Below, one piece after another: positions 1-8,875 of a stretch of 64,000 nucleotides of DNA. Source of the stretch: Desulfobulbaceae bacterium (GTDB lineage Bacteria > Desulfobacterota > Desulfobulbia > Desulfobulbales > Desulfocapsaceae); NCBI GenBank assembly GCA_031407875.1, contig JANOIV010000191.1, forward strand, positions 6,419 through 70,418. The letters run 5' to 3'. Under the pieces are notes generated by a model that ran no database searches, was not told the DNA's origin, and saw only the letters and a program-made list of their open reading frames with translations. The position numbers were made by a program, and so were the translations under genes. Position 1 is the stretch's first letter, and every line of letters starts with the position of its first letter.

Positions 1-168
1 TCCGAATTGTTCCGGTCAGACACGTTTATATAATCCACGCGCATGGCCCCCATTTACCCTGTTTGCCTCTGTCAATATTGACAACCTAATACCCACCACT
101 TAGATTCTCAGAAGGTCAATCCAATTCATTTGGCAATAAACAGCCAGTAAGATACTGTAATTTCGTGA
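1..168 (+). repeat. 168-bp dispersed repeat, copy 1 (may extend past window start)
   Basis: Gap-free colinear with 5373..5540; shared blocks TTCCGGTCAGACACGTTTATATA, TGTCAATATTGACAACCT, CTTAGATTCTCAGAAGGTCAA, TGTAATTTCGTGA. Confidence 0.9.
78..106 (+). promoter_or_regulatory. sigma70-like promoter inside repeat copy 1
   Basis: TTGACA-17 nt-TAGATT; both hexamers and spacing conserved in copy 2 while the spacer varies. Confidence 0.6.
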
Positions 169-188
169 AATTCGTGGACACATACCCA

Positions 189-236
189 ATTTAACAAGAC
201 AATGCACCGGACGAACCAGTGATTTTGACGTTTTAC
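189..236 (+). mobile_element. short attC-like recombination site
   Basis: R'' ATTTAAC (RYYYAAC), 5-nt spacer, L'' AATGCAC pairing L' GTGATT with extrahelical G, then GTT(TTAC); only 48 bp. Confidence 0.55.
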
Positions 237-254
237 CTCACGGAGAACGCACCT

Positions 255-686
255 ATGAAGAAGCCCCGCATCACCGTGATCACCCTTGGAGTCGATGACT
301 TGGAGGGCGCTGTTAGGTTCTACCGCGATGGCCTTGGTCTTAAGACTGAAGGAATTATCGGCAAAGAGTTCGAACATGGCGCGGTTGCTTTCTTTGACTT
401 GCAAGCTGGTTTGAAATTGGCGGTTTGGCCTCGCAAGAGCATCGCACATGACTCCGGTCTGCCATTGGCAGAGCGAAGCGCTGCAGAATTCACTCTCGGG
501 CACAACGTCTCTTCGAGAACGGAGGTCGATACCGTAATGAAGCAAGTGCAAGATGCCGGGGCCGTTGTTGTCAAACCTGCTCAAGATACATTCTGGGGAG
601 GCTACGCCGGCTATTTCCAAGACCCTGATCAGCATCTCTGGGAGGTCGTATGGAATCCTCAGTTACTACCGCAAAATGAGGCATAA
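255..686 (+). CDS. VOC/glyoxalase family protein (cassette-like)
   Basis: RITVITLGVDDL..A..FY..GLG and DTFWGGYAGYFQDPDQHLWEV motifs; GGAG RBS; stop TAA lies inside R'' of the next attC. Confidence 0.9.
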   Translation: MKKPRITVITLGVDDLEGAVRFYRDGLGLKTEGIIGKEFEHGAVAFFDLQAGLKLAVWPRKSIAHDSGLPLAERSAAEFTLGHNVSSRTEVDTVMKQVQDAGAVVVKPAQDTFWGGYAGYFQDPDQHLWEVVWNPQLLPQNEA

Positions 687-753
687 CGAGTCACCTCAGC
701 GGACTGTCAAAAAGCTGCGCTTTTTGACAGTCCGCTGAATTCCAACGTTGGGG
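681..753 (+). mobile_element. attC site
   Basis: GCATAAC ... perfect stem CAGCGGACTGTCAAAAAGC-tgc-GCTTTTTGACAGTCCGCTG ... GTTGGGG; overlaps the stop codon as in typical cassettes. Confidence 0.8.
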
Positions 754-790
754 CGCATTCACCAGGCCTCACGGTTTTCTGTGAAAGGGA

Positions 791-1315
791 GTGGGAATGA
801 AAATTTTCATGCACGTATTCGGAATCATCCATGGGGTGATGGCATTTCTCTTTGCCTGCGCCGCACTCATGCTTATCACAATTGCCACCCATATGGGCTG
901 GGTGGCCTTCTTCGGCGGTTTGGACCGAGCCGCAGCGCAAGCGATTATCGAAGCCGTGGGGCTGTTAGCTGCTGCTGTCGTCGCGTTGCAGATTGCCGAA
1001 ACTATTGTTAAAGAAGAGGTCATTCGTGGCGCTGACATCAGCGCGCCTACTCGCGTACGACGATTCCTGTCAAGATTCTTCCTGGTCATCGTGGTCGCGC
1101 TGGCCATCGAGGGGCTCGTTGCGACGTTCAGGGCCATACATGAAGATCCGGCACAACTTCCGTATGCGGCGAGTATCGTGATCGCGGTAGGAGTTCTTCT
1201 TGCCGCCTGGGGTATATTCATTCATTTCAACCGTTCTGCTGAAGAACTTGAGCCAGAGGCAATGGCGGACGCAAAGCGGGAAGACCGAAAGCTCAAACCA
1301 CCCCCGCCTGATTAA
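791..1315 (+). CDS. hypothetical four-TM membrane protein (cassette-like)
   Basis: 174-aa ORF with about four hydrophobic segments, starts shortly after attC R', purine-rich RBS. Confidence 0.75.
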   Translation: MGMKIFMHVFGIIHGVMAFLFACAALMLITIATHMGWVAFFGGLDRAAAQAIIEAVGLLAAAVVALQIAETIVKEEVIRGADISAPTRVRRFLSRFFLVIVVALAIEGLVATFRAIHEDPAQLPYAASIVIAVGVLLAAWGIFIHFNRSAEELEPEAMADAKREDRKLKPPPPD

Positions 1316-1330
1316 TCTTCACTTGAGGTC

Positions 1331-1400
1331 CCCTAACTCTTTGATGAACCTGACCGCTGGGTCAATACAAGGACAGCTGGAGCATGCGCGTGCGGTAGGA
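1331..1400 (+). mobile_element. truncated/degenerate attC-like site
   Basis: CCCTAAC then CCTGACCGC pairing GCGGTAGG with a bulged G; no R' GTT visible. Confidence 0.4.
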
Positions 1401-1616
1401 CTGGAAGATACATATTCTGAAGATCTCCACGTAAAAATTTTACAATGTATCAACCTGCTCTGACATTACATATGTGAGGCAAAGGGTACCCGGTTTTAAA
1501 TTTTTCCCGCAGTATCAAACGAAGAAGTCTGCCCCACCTGTTTACTTTGCAGCTGGAAACCGCACCATTTTCCGACTGTACCTTGGTGGCGACTTTTTTA
1601 AACCTGTCTCAAAATA

Positions 1617-2915
1617 TCAGCCTCGATCTTTTATGGAAATAAACGGGCGATTGGCGATACCATTGAATACCTGGCGTGGTCGTCCGATTCTACTGCTGTC
1701 CTTGTCAAGATTCATCTCCTGCCAGTGGGCAATCCAACCCGGCAGTCTGCCAAGAGCGAACATGACCGTAAACATGTTGGTTGGAATACCAATGGCCCGG
1801 TAGATGATGCCTGAGTAGAAGTCGACATTCGGGTAGAGGTTTCGCGATTGGAAATAATCGTCTTTGCTGACCCGCTCTTCAAGTTCAAGGGCTATGTCCA
1901 GTAGCGGGTCTGATATTTTAAGTGTCTTGAGCACCTCATGGCAGGTCTTTTTGATTATCGTGGCTCGAGGGTCGTAGGTTTTGTAGACACGGTGTCCAAA
2001 TCCGGTAAGTCTATATGGATCATTGGGATCCTTGGCCATCTTGATATATTTTTCATAATCCCTGCCATCGGCATAAATCCTTTCGAGCATTCTCATGACG
2101 GCTGCGTTGGCACCGCCGTGCAGTGGTCCCCAAAGTGCACTGATACCGGCGGAGATGGAAGGATAGAGCCCTACTCCGGCACTGCCCACTAGCCGCACCG
2201 TCGAGGTTGAACAGTTCTGCTCGTGGTCGGCATGCAGAATAAGTAACTTGTTGAGCGCCGAAACCAGAACCGGCTCGACGGTATAGGGTATGTTGGGCCG
2301 GTCGAACATCATGTACAAAAAGTTGGCACAATAACTCAGGTCGGCCCGAGGATAGGCGAGCGGGTGCCCCATGTTCTTCTTGTAAGAAAAAGCGGCGATA
2401 GTTCTGGTCTTCGAAAGCAACCGAGCTGTGGTTGTAGTGATGCCGCCGTAGGGATCCTCGTCAAGATCCATTTCCGGGTAAAAATCGTGCAGGGTCCCGA
2501 CCATGGTAGACAGAATAGACATCGGCGAGGCTTTTGGCGGAAAATGATCAAAGAAATGAATCATGTCCTCATGAATCAGGGCGTAATTGGTCATGTCGTC
2601 CTTGAATTGCGCCAGCTCGGTGCTGGTCGGCAACTCGCCCGTCAGGAGGAGATAGGCAACTTCAATAAAGAGACAATTTTCTACCAGATCGGCTATATCG
2701 TAGCCGCGATACCTGAGAATGCCCTTCTCACCGTCAAGATATGTTATCTGTGACTGGCAAGAGCCGGTGTTCATGTAACCACTATCGAAGGTGATGTAAC
2801 CGGTGTCACGAAGCAGACCTCTGATGTCCAAGGCCTTTTCGCCGGTTGTGCTTTCGATAATTGGCAGCTTATAATTGGTGTCGTCAATGGTTAATTGTGC
2901 GTTTTGGCTAGACAT
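1617..2915 (-). CDS. gltA: citrate synthase (type II-like)
   Basis: LHADHEQNCST, GPLHGGAN, GFGHRVYK, YPNVDFYSG, RIGRPRQ motifs. Confidence 0.95.
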   Translation of the reverse strand: MSSQNAQLTIDDTNYKLPIIESTTGEKALDIRGLLRDTGYITFDSGYMNTGSCQSQITYLDGEKGILRYRGYDIADLVENCLFIEVAYLLLTGELPTSTELAQFKDDMTNYALIHEDMIHFFDHFPPKASPMSILSTMVGTLHDFYPEMDLDEDPYGGITTTTARLLSKTRTIAAFSYKKNMGHPLAYPRADLSYCANFLYMMFDRPNIPYTVEPVLVSALNKLLILHADHEQNCSTSTVRLVGSAGVGLYPSISAGISALWGPLHGGANAAVMRMLERIYADGRDYEKYIKMAKDPNDPYRLTGFGHRVYKTYDPRATIIKKTCHEVLKTLKISDPLLDIALELEERVSKDDYFQSRNLYPNVDFYSGIIYRAIGIPTNMFTVMFALGRLPGWIAHWQEMNLDKDSSRIGRPRQVFNGIANRPFISIKDRG

Positions 2916-3647
2916 TATTCCTCCTTATGCGGTGGGTAATAGTTGGACGTCCCGTTTTAATGACGGTTTTCAGTCATGAGTCTGAACCAACCTTTAGAAA
3001 ATATTGGCAGCAGCAGCCAGCTCGTCTTGAAAACGAGCTGGCCTTCTGCTCTTCTGGGTCAGGCGTTAGTTTGTGAGAGATAGATGTCTCGGGCAGGCGT
3101 GAATTGTAATCGAAGGACTGCAACAAGCGATAGTTCCTCAGACACTGTCCGAGGAACGGCAAGTATAGACGGAGAAGACCATTATTTCAATTACCTTTAT
3201 CTTTGCTGCTTTGCAGCAGAGCATCTCAACCTATTTCAGAACGACGGGTATCACCACACTGCTCTCAGTTTGAGGCCGGAGATTTTGATTTGGTTTTCTG
3301 ACTTGATAGCGCCTGTGATCTTAACCCGAAAAACCTCAACCGTTGTGAATTGAGTGATTCCGCCTGAGCCACAAGGACGTCTCCGCCAAACTTTACTTAT
3401 CGTGTTTAATGCCTATACTTAGCTGACAGCAGTGATATTGAATATCGCTGCTACGAACCACTATTAGCTGTAATCAGCCTCGCACTTTCCCTGCCTACCG
3501 CCTGTTCTGTCGGAGATTGCACCTTTCTTGACCTAGCGGTATGTTCGAGCGACAGGCAGGCTTGCTCTCAACTTTAATCAAATTGAAATTCCGTCTTCCA
3601 AAAACATCCCACCGACAAACACCCTAACAACAAAGGATGCCTTTGAA

Positions 3648-5183
3648 ATGAGCGACGAAATCGAGCACAAACTGAAAACGAGACATCTCCGCTTAGATGA
3701 CTATGAATCGTTGCATGATATTTGTGGCAGAATCTATAAGGGGGTTACCGCCCCCTGGCCAAAGGAACAAATTGCTAAATTAATTAGCCTATTTCCAGAA
3801 GGACAGGTCTGTATTGAGGATAACGGCAAGCTTGTGGCCGCGGCTTTGTCTCTTACCATCGATTTTAGTTTATTCGGTGATCAGCACTCCTATAACCAGA
3901 TCATAAGCGGTGGAACATTTAAAAATCATGATCCGCAAGGTGACTATCTTTATGGCATAGAGGTTTTTGTCGATCCCGAATTTCGCGGGATGCGCCTTGG
4001 CCGCCGCCTCTATGATGCCCGAAAGGAATTGGCAGAAAATCTTAACCTTAAAGGTATTTTGATTGGTGGTCGAATCCCTGGTTATCATAACCATTCTGAT
4101 CAGATGCGCCCCCAACAGTACATTCTTAAGGTCAAAGATCGGGAAATATATGATCCGGTCCTCACTTTCCAGCTCTCAAACGATTTCCATGTACGAAACC
4201 TTCTCGATGACTATTGGCCAACGGATCATCATTCCCACGGAAACGCCGTACTCCTGGAGTGGATCAATATTTACTACAAGAAAAAGACCAAGCTCATTGG
4301 CAGGACCAAGTCAATTGTAAGGTTGGGCGTTGTCCAGTGGCAGATGCGGCGATTCAATTCCTTTGATGATTTTATGCAGCAGGTTGAGTTTTTTATCGAC
4401 ACGGTCAGCGACTATAAGGCTGATATAATACTTTTCCCTGAACTGCTCAATGCACCACTTATTCACACCTGCGAAGGGAAAAACCCGACTGACGCCATGC
4501 GCATGTTGGCCGGTTATACCGAAGGCCTGCGACAAGCCATGGTTGAAATGGCGCTGAGCTACAACATCAACATTGTAGCTGGCAGCGTTCCGCAACTGCG
4601 GGAGGATGGAAAACTGTACAACGTCAGTTTCCTCTGCCGCCGTGATGGAACCTGGGATAGCCAGTCTAAATTACACATTACGCCGGAGGAGGATGCCCAT
4701 TGGGGTTTTACGGGAGGACACGATCTGAAGGTTTTTGATACCGATGTGGGAAAGGTTGGAATTCTGATCTGTTATGATGTCGAGTTTCCTGAACTGGCCA
4801 GACTGCAAGCCCTCAAAGGTATGAAAATGCTGCTGGTGCCATACTGGACCGACACGAAGATCGGTTATTTACGAGTACGGCGATGTGCCCAGGCCAGGGC
4901 CATAGAAAATGAGTGTTTTGTTGCCATCTCCGGCAGTGTCGGCAATATTCCCAAGGTGGAAACCATGGGAATCCAGTATTCGCAGTCTGCGATTTTTACT
5001 CCATCAGACTTTTCCTTCCCCCACGACGCCATAGCCTCAGAAGCGACGCCCGGTGTCGAAACAACTCTCATCACTGATCTAGACCTTGACTCGATCAAGG
5101 AATTGCGGGCCCTGGGCAGTGTGCGCAATGTCGTGAGTCGACGAACCGACCTCTATGAATTGCGCTGGTTGGAAGATACATAA
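3648..5183 (+). CDS. bifunctional GNAT acetyltransferase / carbon-nitrogen hydrolase
   Basis: VDPEFRGMRLGRRLY acetyl-CoA motif; nitrilase triad FPE, KLH, ICYDVEFPE. Confidence 0.92.
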   Translation: MSDEIEHKLKTRHLRLDDYESLHDICGRIYKGVTAPWPKEQIAKLISLFPEGQVCIEDNGKLVAAALSLTIDFSLFGDQHSYNQIISGGTFKNHDPQGDYLYGIEVFVDPEFRGMRLGRRLYDARKELAENLNLKGILIGGRIPGYHNHSDQMRPQQYILKVKDREIYDPVLTFQLSNDFHVRNLLDDYWPTDHHSHGNAVLLEWINIYYKKKTKLIGRTKSIVRLGVVQWQMRRFNSFDDFMQQVEFFIDTVSDYKADIILFPELLNAPLIHTCEGKNPTDAMRMLAGYTEGLRQAMVEMALSYNINIVAGSVPQLREDGKLYNVSFLCRRDGTWDSQSKLHITPEEDAHWGFTGGHDLKVFDTDVGKVGILICYDVEFPELARLQALKGMKMLLVPYWTDTKIGYLRVRRCAQARAIENECFVAISGSVGNIPKVETMGIQYSQSAIFTPSDFSFPHDAIASEATPGVETTLITDLDLDSIKELRALGSVRNVVSRRTDLYELRWLEDT

Positions 5184-5263
5184 TATCTCATCCTTATAAC
5201 TGATGGATTGTTAGTTGCATTGGGTTTTTCCTCATGATCATGAGCACGATCCTTATGCAAGTA

Positions 5264-5372
5264 CAAGGGGGTCAACAAGGGGGTCAAGTCTGCCGTTGGC
5301 TTTTATCATAATATGTGCTACTTAAATGAGATTATGCCAAGACCATTACGCATAGAAAAAAACGGAAACAGA
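5264..5372 (+). mobile_element. 5' remnant of a RAYT/IS200-like (Y1) transposase element
   Basis: Tandem CAAGGGGGTCAA x2 then GTCTGCC; ATG at 5334 gives MPRPLRIE, resembling a typical RAYT N-terminus, then similarity breaks off. Confidence 0.5.
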
Positions 5373-5540
5373 TCCCAATTATTCCGGTCAGACACGTTTA
5401 TATACTCCACTCGCTTGTTCCGCATTAACTCAGTTTGTCTGTGTCAATATTGACAACCTCATCCCCACCTCTTAGATTCTCAGAAGGTCAACCCGTTTCA
5501 AACGGCAAGCAATCGCCGGTAAGATTATGTAATTTCGTGA
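5373..5540 (+). repeat. 168-bp dispersed repeat, copy 2 with TTGACA(5450)-17-TAGATT(5473)
   Basis: Colinear with 1..168. Confidence 0.9.
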
Positions 5541-5638
5541 TTATACAATCTGCTGATTGCCTGCCAAACTACCTGCCAGATTACCTGGAATTACGAGAAA
5601 CGGGTTTGTCGTGCAATTCTATTAAAAGGAGGCTTACA

Positions 5639-5851
5639 ATGGCTTATACATGTCAAAATTGTGGTGCGTCCGCAGAAAATTCCAGCAACCTCTGCAAACC
5701 AACAAGTGAAAAACTGAACAATAAATTCTGCAGTGCCCCAGCAGCTCGGATTTGCAATAGCAAACTCGTTGCGATGAAATATACTTGTGACGATTGCGGC
5801 AGCTTTTCAGCAAACCCCGAAACGCTGTGCAGCCCGAGTCAAATCAGATAA
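5639..5851 (+). CDS. small Cys-rich protein (70 aa, 8 Cys)
   Basis: AAGGAGG RBS; duplicated YTCxxCG-x7-LCxP motif. Confidence 0.8.
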   Translation: MAYTCQNCGASAENSSNLCKPTSEKLNNKFCSAPAARICNSKLVAMKYTCDDCGSFSANPETLCSPSQIR

Positions 5852-5854
5852 TAA

Positions 5855-6088
5855 TCAAAAGGAGTAATTGGAGACACTTCCCCAATTACTCTCCCAACTA
5901 TTCGGTATTTCCCCTTGTTCTCTCTGATAGATATCGAGGACACTGATCTCCATGAAATTTTCTGGTTTCTTCAGTGGGCCAAAGCCATTTTGTCGATATA
6001 ATCCGTGTGCATCGGCAGCAGCCAGCAGCCAGCGCGCGCAGCCCCTGCAACTCTGGACGAGGGGGATTGCGGGGGCACCATACTGCAT
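5855..6088 (-). pseudogene. C-terminal fragment of a GNAT N-acetyltransferase
   Basis: RWLLAAADAHGLYRQNGF..L.KPENFMEI resembles a GNAT C-terminus; N-terminal part absent. Confidence 0.6.
5862..5891. repeat. REP-like palindrome
   Basis: GAGTAATTGG-agacacttcc-CCAATTACTC; core GACAC..CCCAATT also at 177..191. Confidence 0.55.
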
Positions 6089-6263
6089 TAAGAGATTGTG
6101 AAATTGGCTACGACCAGCTTGGCTTCTTGAGTATGGCCTCCTGAATCTAACATAAGGAAGATTGAGAAGATTACAACAATTTGATACAATTCAAAGAACC
6201 GGCCTGCCCGAACAACGAACCAGGCCTTGAATTTTTCTGCTTTCCAACTTCAAGGAGAACATT

Positions 6264-6686
6264 ATGAGTAGAAAAAAAATCCTGCTGGCAATTGACGGAT
6301 CCGACCATTCAAACAAGGTGCTGGACAAAGCAATTGAATATGCCAAGTTACTGGATGCTGAGATTGTTTTTGTGTATTGTCATGAAAAATTTCCGAAATT
6401 ACTCGGCGAACCCTACAGAAACAAAGAAATTGTAAATATACTCAGCGAGTCTGAAAAAGTGGTTGACCCCTTTCTGCAACGTCTTGAAAATGAAAAAATC
6501 CCGGTCGAAAAACGTCTCATGGAGGAACCAGCCGGGAAAACAATCATCGATGTGGCCACTATTGAAAAATGTAATCTGATCATTATGGGATCACATGGTT
6601 TAAGCAACCTTGCAAGCCTGATAGTTGGCAGCGTAACCCATAGAGTCCTGCAGACTGCCCCTTGCTCTGTTCTGGTCGTGAGATAG
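6264..6686 (+). CDS. universal stress protein
   Basis: KILLAIDGS, LIIMGSHG..GSVTHRVL..APCSVLVV. Confidence 0.95.
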   Translation: MSRKKILLAIDGSDHSNKVLDKAIEYAKLLDAEIVFVYCHEKFPKLLGEPYRNKEIVNILSESEKVVDPFLQRLENEKIPVEKRLMEEPAGKTIIDVATIEKCNLIIMGSHGLSNLASLIVGSVTHRVLQTAPCSVLVVR

Positions 6687-6818
6687 TGCTGAAGTTGAAT
6701 CTGAGCCGAATGCCCTTCGTCTTGCTCTCCTTTGCATCTGGATTCGGCCCCCATCCGGCCTCAGATATTTCTTCGGGGATTTCCGGACCTTTCCCAGCCG
6801 TTCCGCAGCAACAGGCAC

Positions 6819-8504
6819 TCAGTACCCGAAGGCCCTGTTCAGGGCGCTCATGACCGCCTTGATCGAAGCAACAATGATATCGGTATCAATACCTGCCCCC
6901 CAAATCCTGTCCCCCGTCGGCATTTCGATCTCAATATAGGCCGCCGCACTGGCGCTCGATCCGCCGTTCAGGGCATGCTCGTGATAGTTACAGAGGGTGA
7001 ATTCACCGGTAACAGAGCTTTTCATGGCGGAACAGAAGGCATCGAGCGGACCATTTCCTGAGGCCCGGACAGTTTTTTCGATGCCATTATCGAGCAGCAC
7101 GATCTCGACATCGGCAAAAGAACGCTTTTCCGCTGAATCAAAATGCCGTTTAATGACGTTAAAACCCTTGAGTTCGTAGGGCGTGACTGCGCCCAGATAG
7201 ACCTCCTCAAAGATGTTATATATCTCCCGGGGTTGCAGTTCCCGCCCTTCTTTCTCAGTAATGCGCTGGACAATCGTGCCGAATTCCGGATGCATGGCCT
7301 TCGGCATCTTGAAGCCGAATTCCTTGTCCATGATATATGCCACCCCCCCCTTGCCCGACTGACTGTTGATCCGGATGATCGACTCGTAGGTCCGGCCCAC
7401 ATCGGAAGGATCGATCGGCAGATAGGGGACCTCCCACAGGCCGGAATCATTTTCATCGTTCATTGCCATGCCCTTGTTGATGGCATCCTGATGAGATCCG
7501 GAGAAGGCGGTGTATACAAGTTCTCCGGCATAGGGATGGCGGGGATGAACAGGGAGATGGGTGACCCGCTCATAGACATCTACCAGATGATTGATATCGT
7601 GAAGATCGAGGTGAGGATCGACGCCCTGGGTGAACATATTGAGTGCCAGGGTGACAATATCGACATTGCCGGTCCTCTCCCCGTTACCAAAGAGCGTGCC
7701 TTCAACGCGGTCTCCACCGGCCAAGAGGGCGAGCTCGGTTGCCGCCACGGCGCAGCCCCGGTCATTATGGGCATGCAGACTCATGATAACGGCAGCGCGA
7801 CGGGAGAGGGACCGGCAAAACCACTCTATCTGGTCGGCATAGATGTTGGGCATTGCCATCTCAACGGTGGCCGGAAGATTGAGAATAACCGGCTCCTCCG
7901 GCGACGGCTGCCAGACATCGAGAACGGCCTCGCAGATTTCCAGGGCAAAATCCAGCTCGGTGCCGGTAAAACTCTCGGGCGAATATTCATAGCGAAAATG
8001 CGTCTCCGGGTATTTCCGCGCCTCTTCTTTTATAAGCCGCGCCCCCTCAACGGCCAGGGCCGTGATCTCCTTTTTGTTCATCTTGAAAACGGCACGGCGC
8101 TGCAACGTTGATGTCGAATTGTAGAGGTGGACCACCGCCTCTTTCACGCCCTTGAGAGACTCGAATGTCTTCTGGATGAGATGTTCTCTGGCCTGGGTCA
8201 AAACCTGGATCAGCACACCATCGGGTATCAGCTTGTTTTCAATGAGAGTCCGGGTAAAATCATATTCCAACTGAGAGGCCGAAGGGAAACCAACTTCGAT
8301 CTCCTTAAAACCGATATCGGTGAGCAATCGGAACATCTCGAGTTTCTTATCAAGACTCATGGGCTGGATAAGGGCCTGATTACCGTCCCGCAAATCGACA
8401 CTGCACCAGACAGGGGCCTGGGTAATGGCCTTTGACGGCCATGTACGGCTCGAAAGATCAACAAGAGGATAGGGACGGTACTTTTTCACTGATTCCGGGT
8501 TCAT
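6819..8504 (-). CDS. leuA: 2-isopropylmalate synthase (yeast/actinobacterial-type)
   Basis: WCSVDLRDGNQAL, HAHNDRG, GNGERTGN, SGSHQDAI, RINSQSGKGG; AAGGAG RBS before ATG 8504. Confidence 0.96.
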   Translation of the reverse strand: MNPESVKKYRPYPLVDLSSRTWPSKAITQAPVWCSVDLRDGNQALIQPMSLDKKLEMFRLLTDIGFKEIEVGFPSASQLEYDFTRTLIENKLIPDGVLIQVLTQAREHLIQKTFESLKGVKEAVVHLYNSTSTLQRRAVFKMNKKEITALAVEGARLIKEEARKYPETHFRYEYSPESFTGTELDFALEICEAVLDVWQPSPEEPVILNLPATVEMAMPNIYADQIEWFCRSLSRRAAVIMSLHAHNDRGCAVAATELALLAGGDRVEGTLFGNGERTGNVDIVTLALNMFTQGVDPHLDLHDINHLVDVYERVTHLPVHPRHPYAGELVYTAFSGSHQDAINKGMAMNDENDSGLWEVPYLPIDPSDVGRTYESIIRINSQSGKGGVAYIMDKEFGFKMPKAMHPEFGTIVQRITEKEGRELQPREIYNIFEEVYLGAVTPYELKGFNVIKRHFDSAEKRSFADVEIVLLDNGIEKTVRASGNGPLDAFCSAMKSSVTGEFTLCNYHEHALNGGSSASAAAYIEIEMPTGDRIWGAGIDTDIIVASIKAVMSALNRAFGY

Positions 8505-8586
8505 TTTTTTCTCCTTGAGAGTGCTCAGGGTAGTTAAGCCGTTGTCAAAAAATAACTTGACCTGAGAAATGCCGGGAACGGCATAA

Positions 8587-8637
8587 GGAGCCGTTACGAA
8601 ATAGTGATAGACATAATGGCTATTTCGTAACGGCTCC
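8587..8637. repeat. 18-bp perfect inverted repeat (collapsed MITE-like element)
   Basis: GGAGCCGTTACGAAATAG / CTATTTCGTAACGGCTCC; near-identical arm at 16375..16392. Confidence 0.7.
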
Positions 8638-8642
8638 AAAAT

Positions 8643-8676
8643 AAAAAAAGGCCACGGTTGCATCAACCGCGGCCTT
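8643..8676 (-). terminator. leuA attenuator terminator
   Basis: Minus strand AAGGCCGCGGTTG-atg-CAACCGTGGCC followed by T7. Confidence 0.85.
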
Positions 8677-8706
8677 GAGAGTAATCATGTTATTCCAGTA
8701 AATGAA

Positions 8707-8781
8707 CTACAATTTCCCCGACTCGGCCGCGGCACCAAAGCATAGATTATCTGGTAGTAGCGCGAGGAGCAGGTTTGTCAT
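8707..8781 (-). CDS. leu operon leader peptide MTNLLLALLPDNLCFGAAAESGKL
   Basis: Leu cluster CTG CTC CTC GCG CTA CTA; contains CCGCGGCC complementary to the terminator 5' arm GGCCGCGG. Confidence 0.8.
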   Translation of the reverse strand: MTNLLLALLPDNLCFGAAAESGKL

Positions 8782-8847
8782 CTTCTGTAGATCGTTGTGA
8801 AGGCTGTTTTCATTGGCCGGCAGGCCTGTTTTCCTTGGTAGGCGTAG

Positions 8848-8875
8848 AATATACGTGATCACAGCCTATTGTCAA
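8848..8875 (-). promoter_or_regulatory. sigma70 promoter for the leu leader/leuA
   Basis: TTGACA-16 nt-TATATT on the minus strand. Confidence 0.6.
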
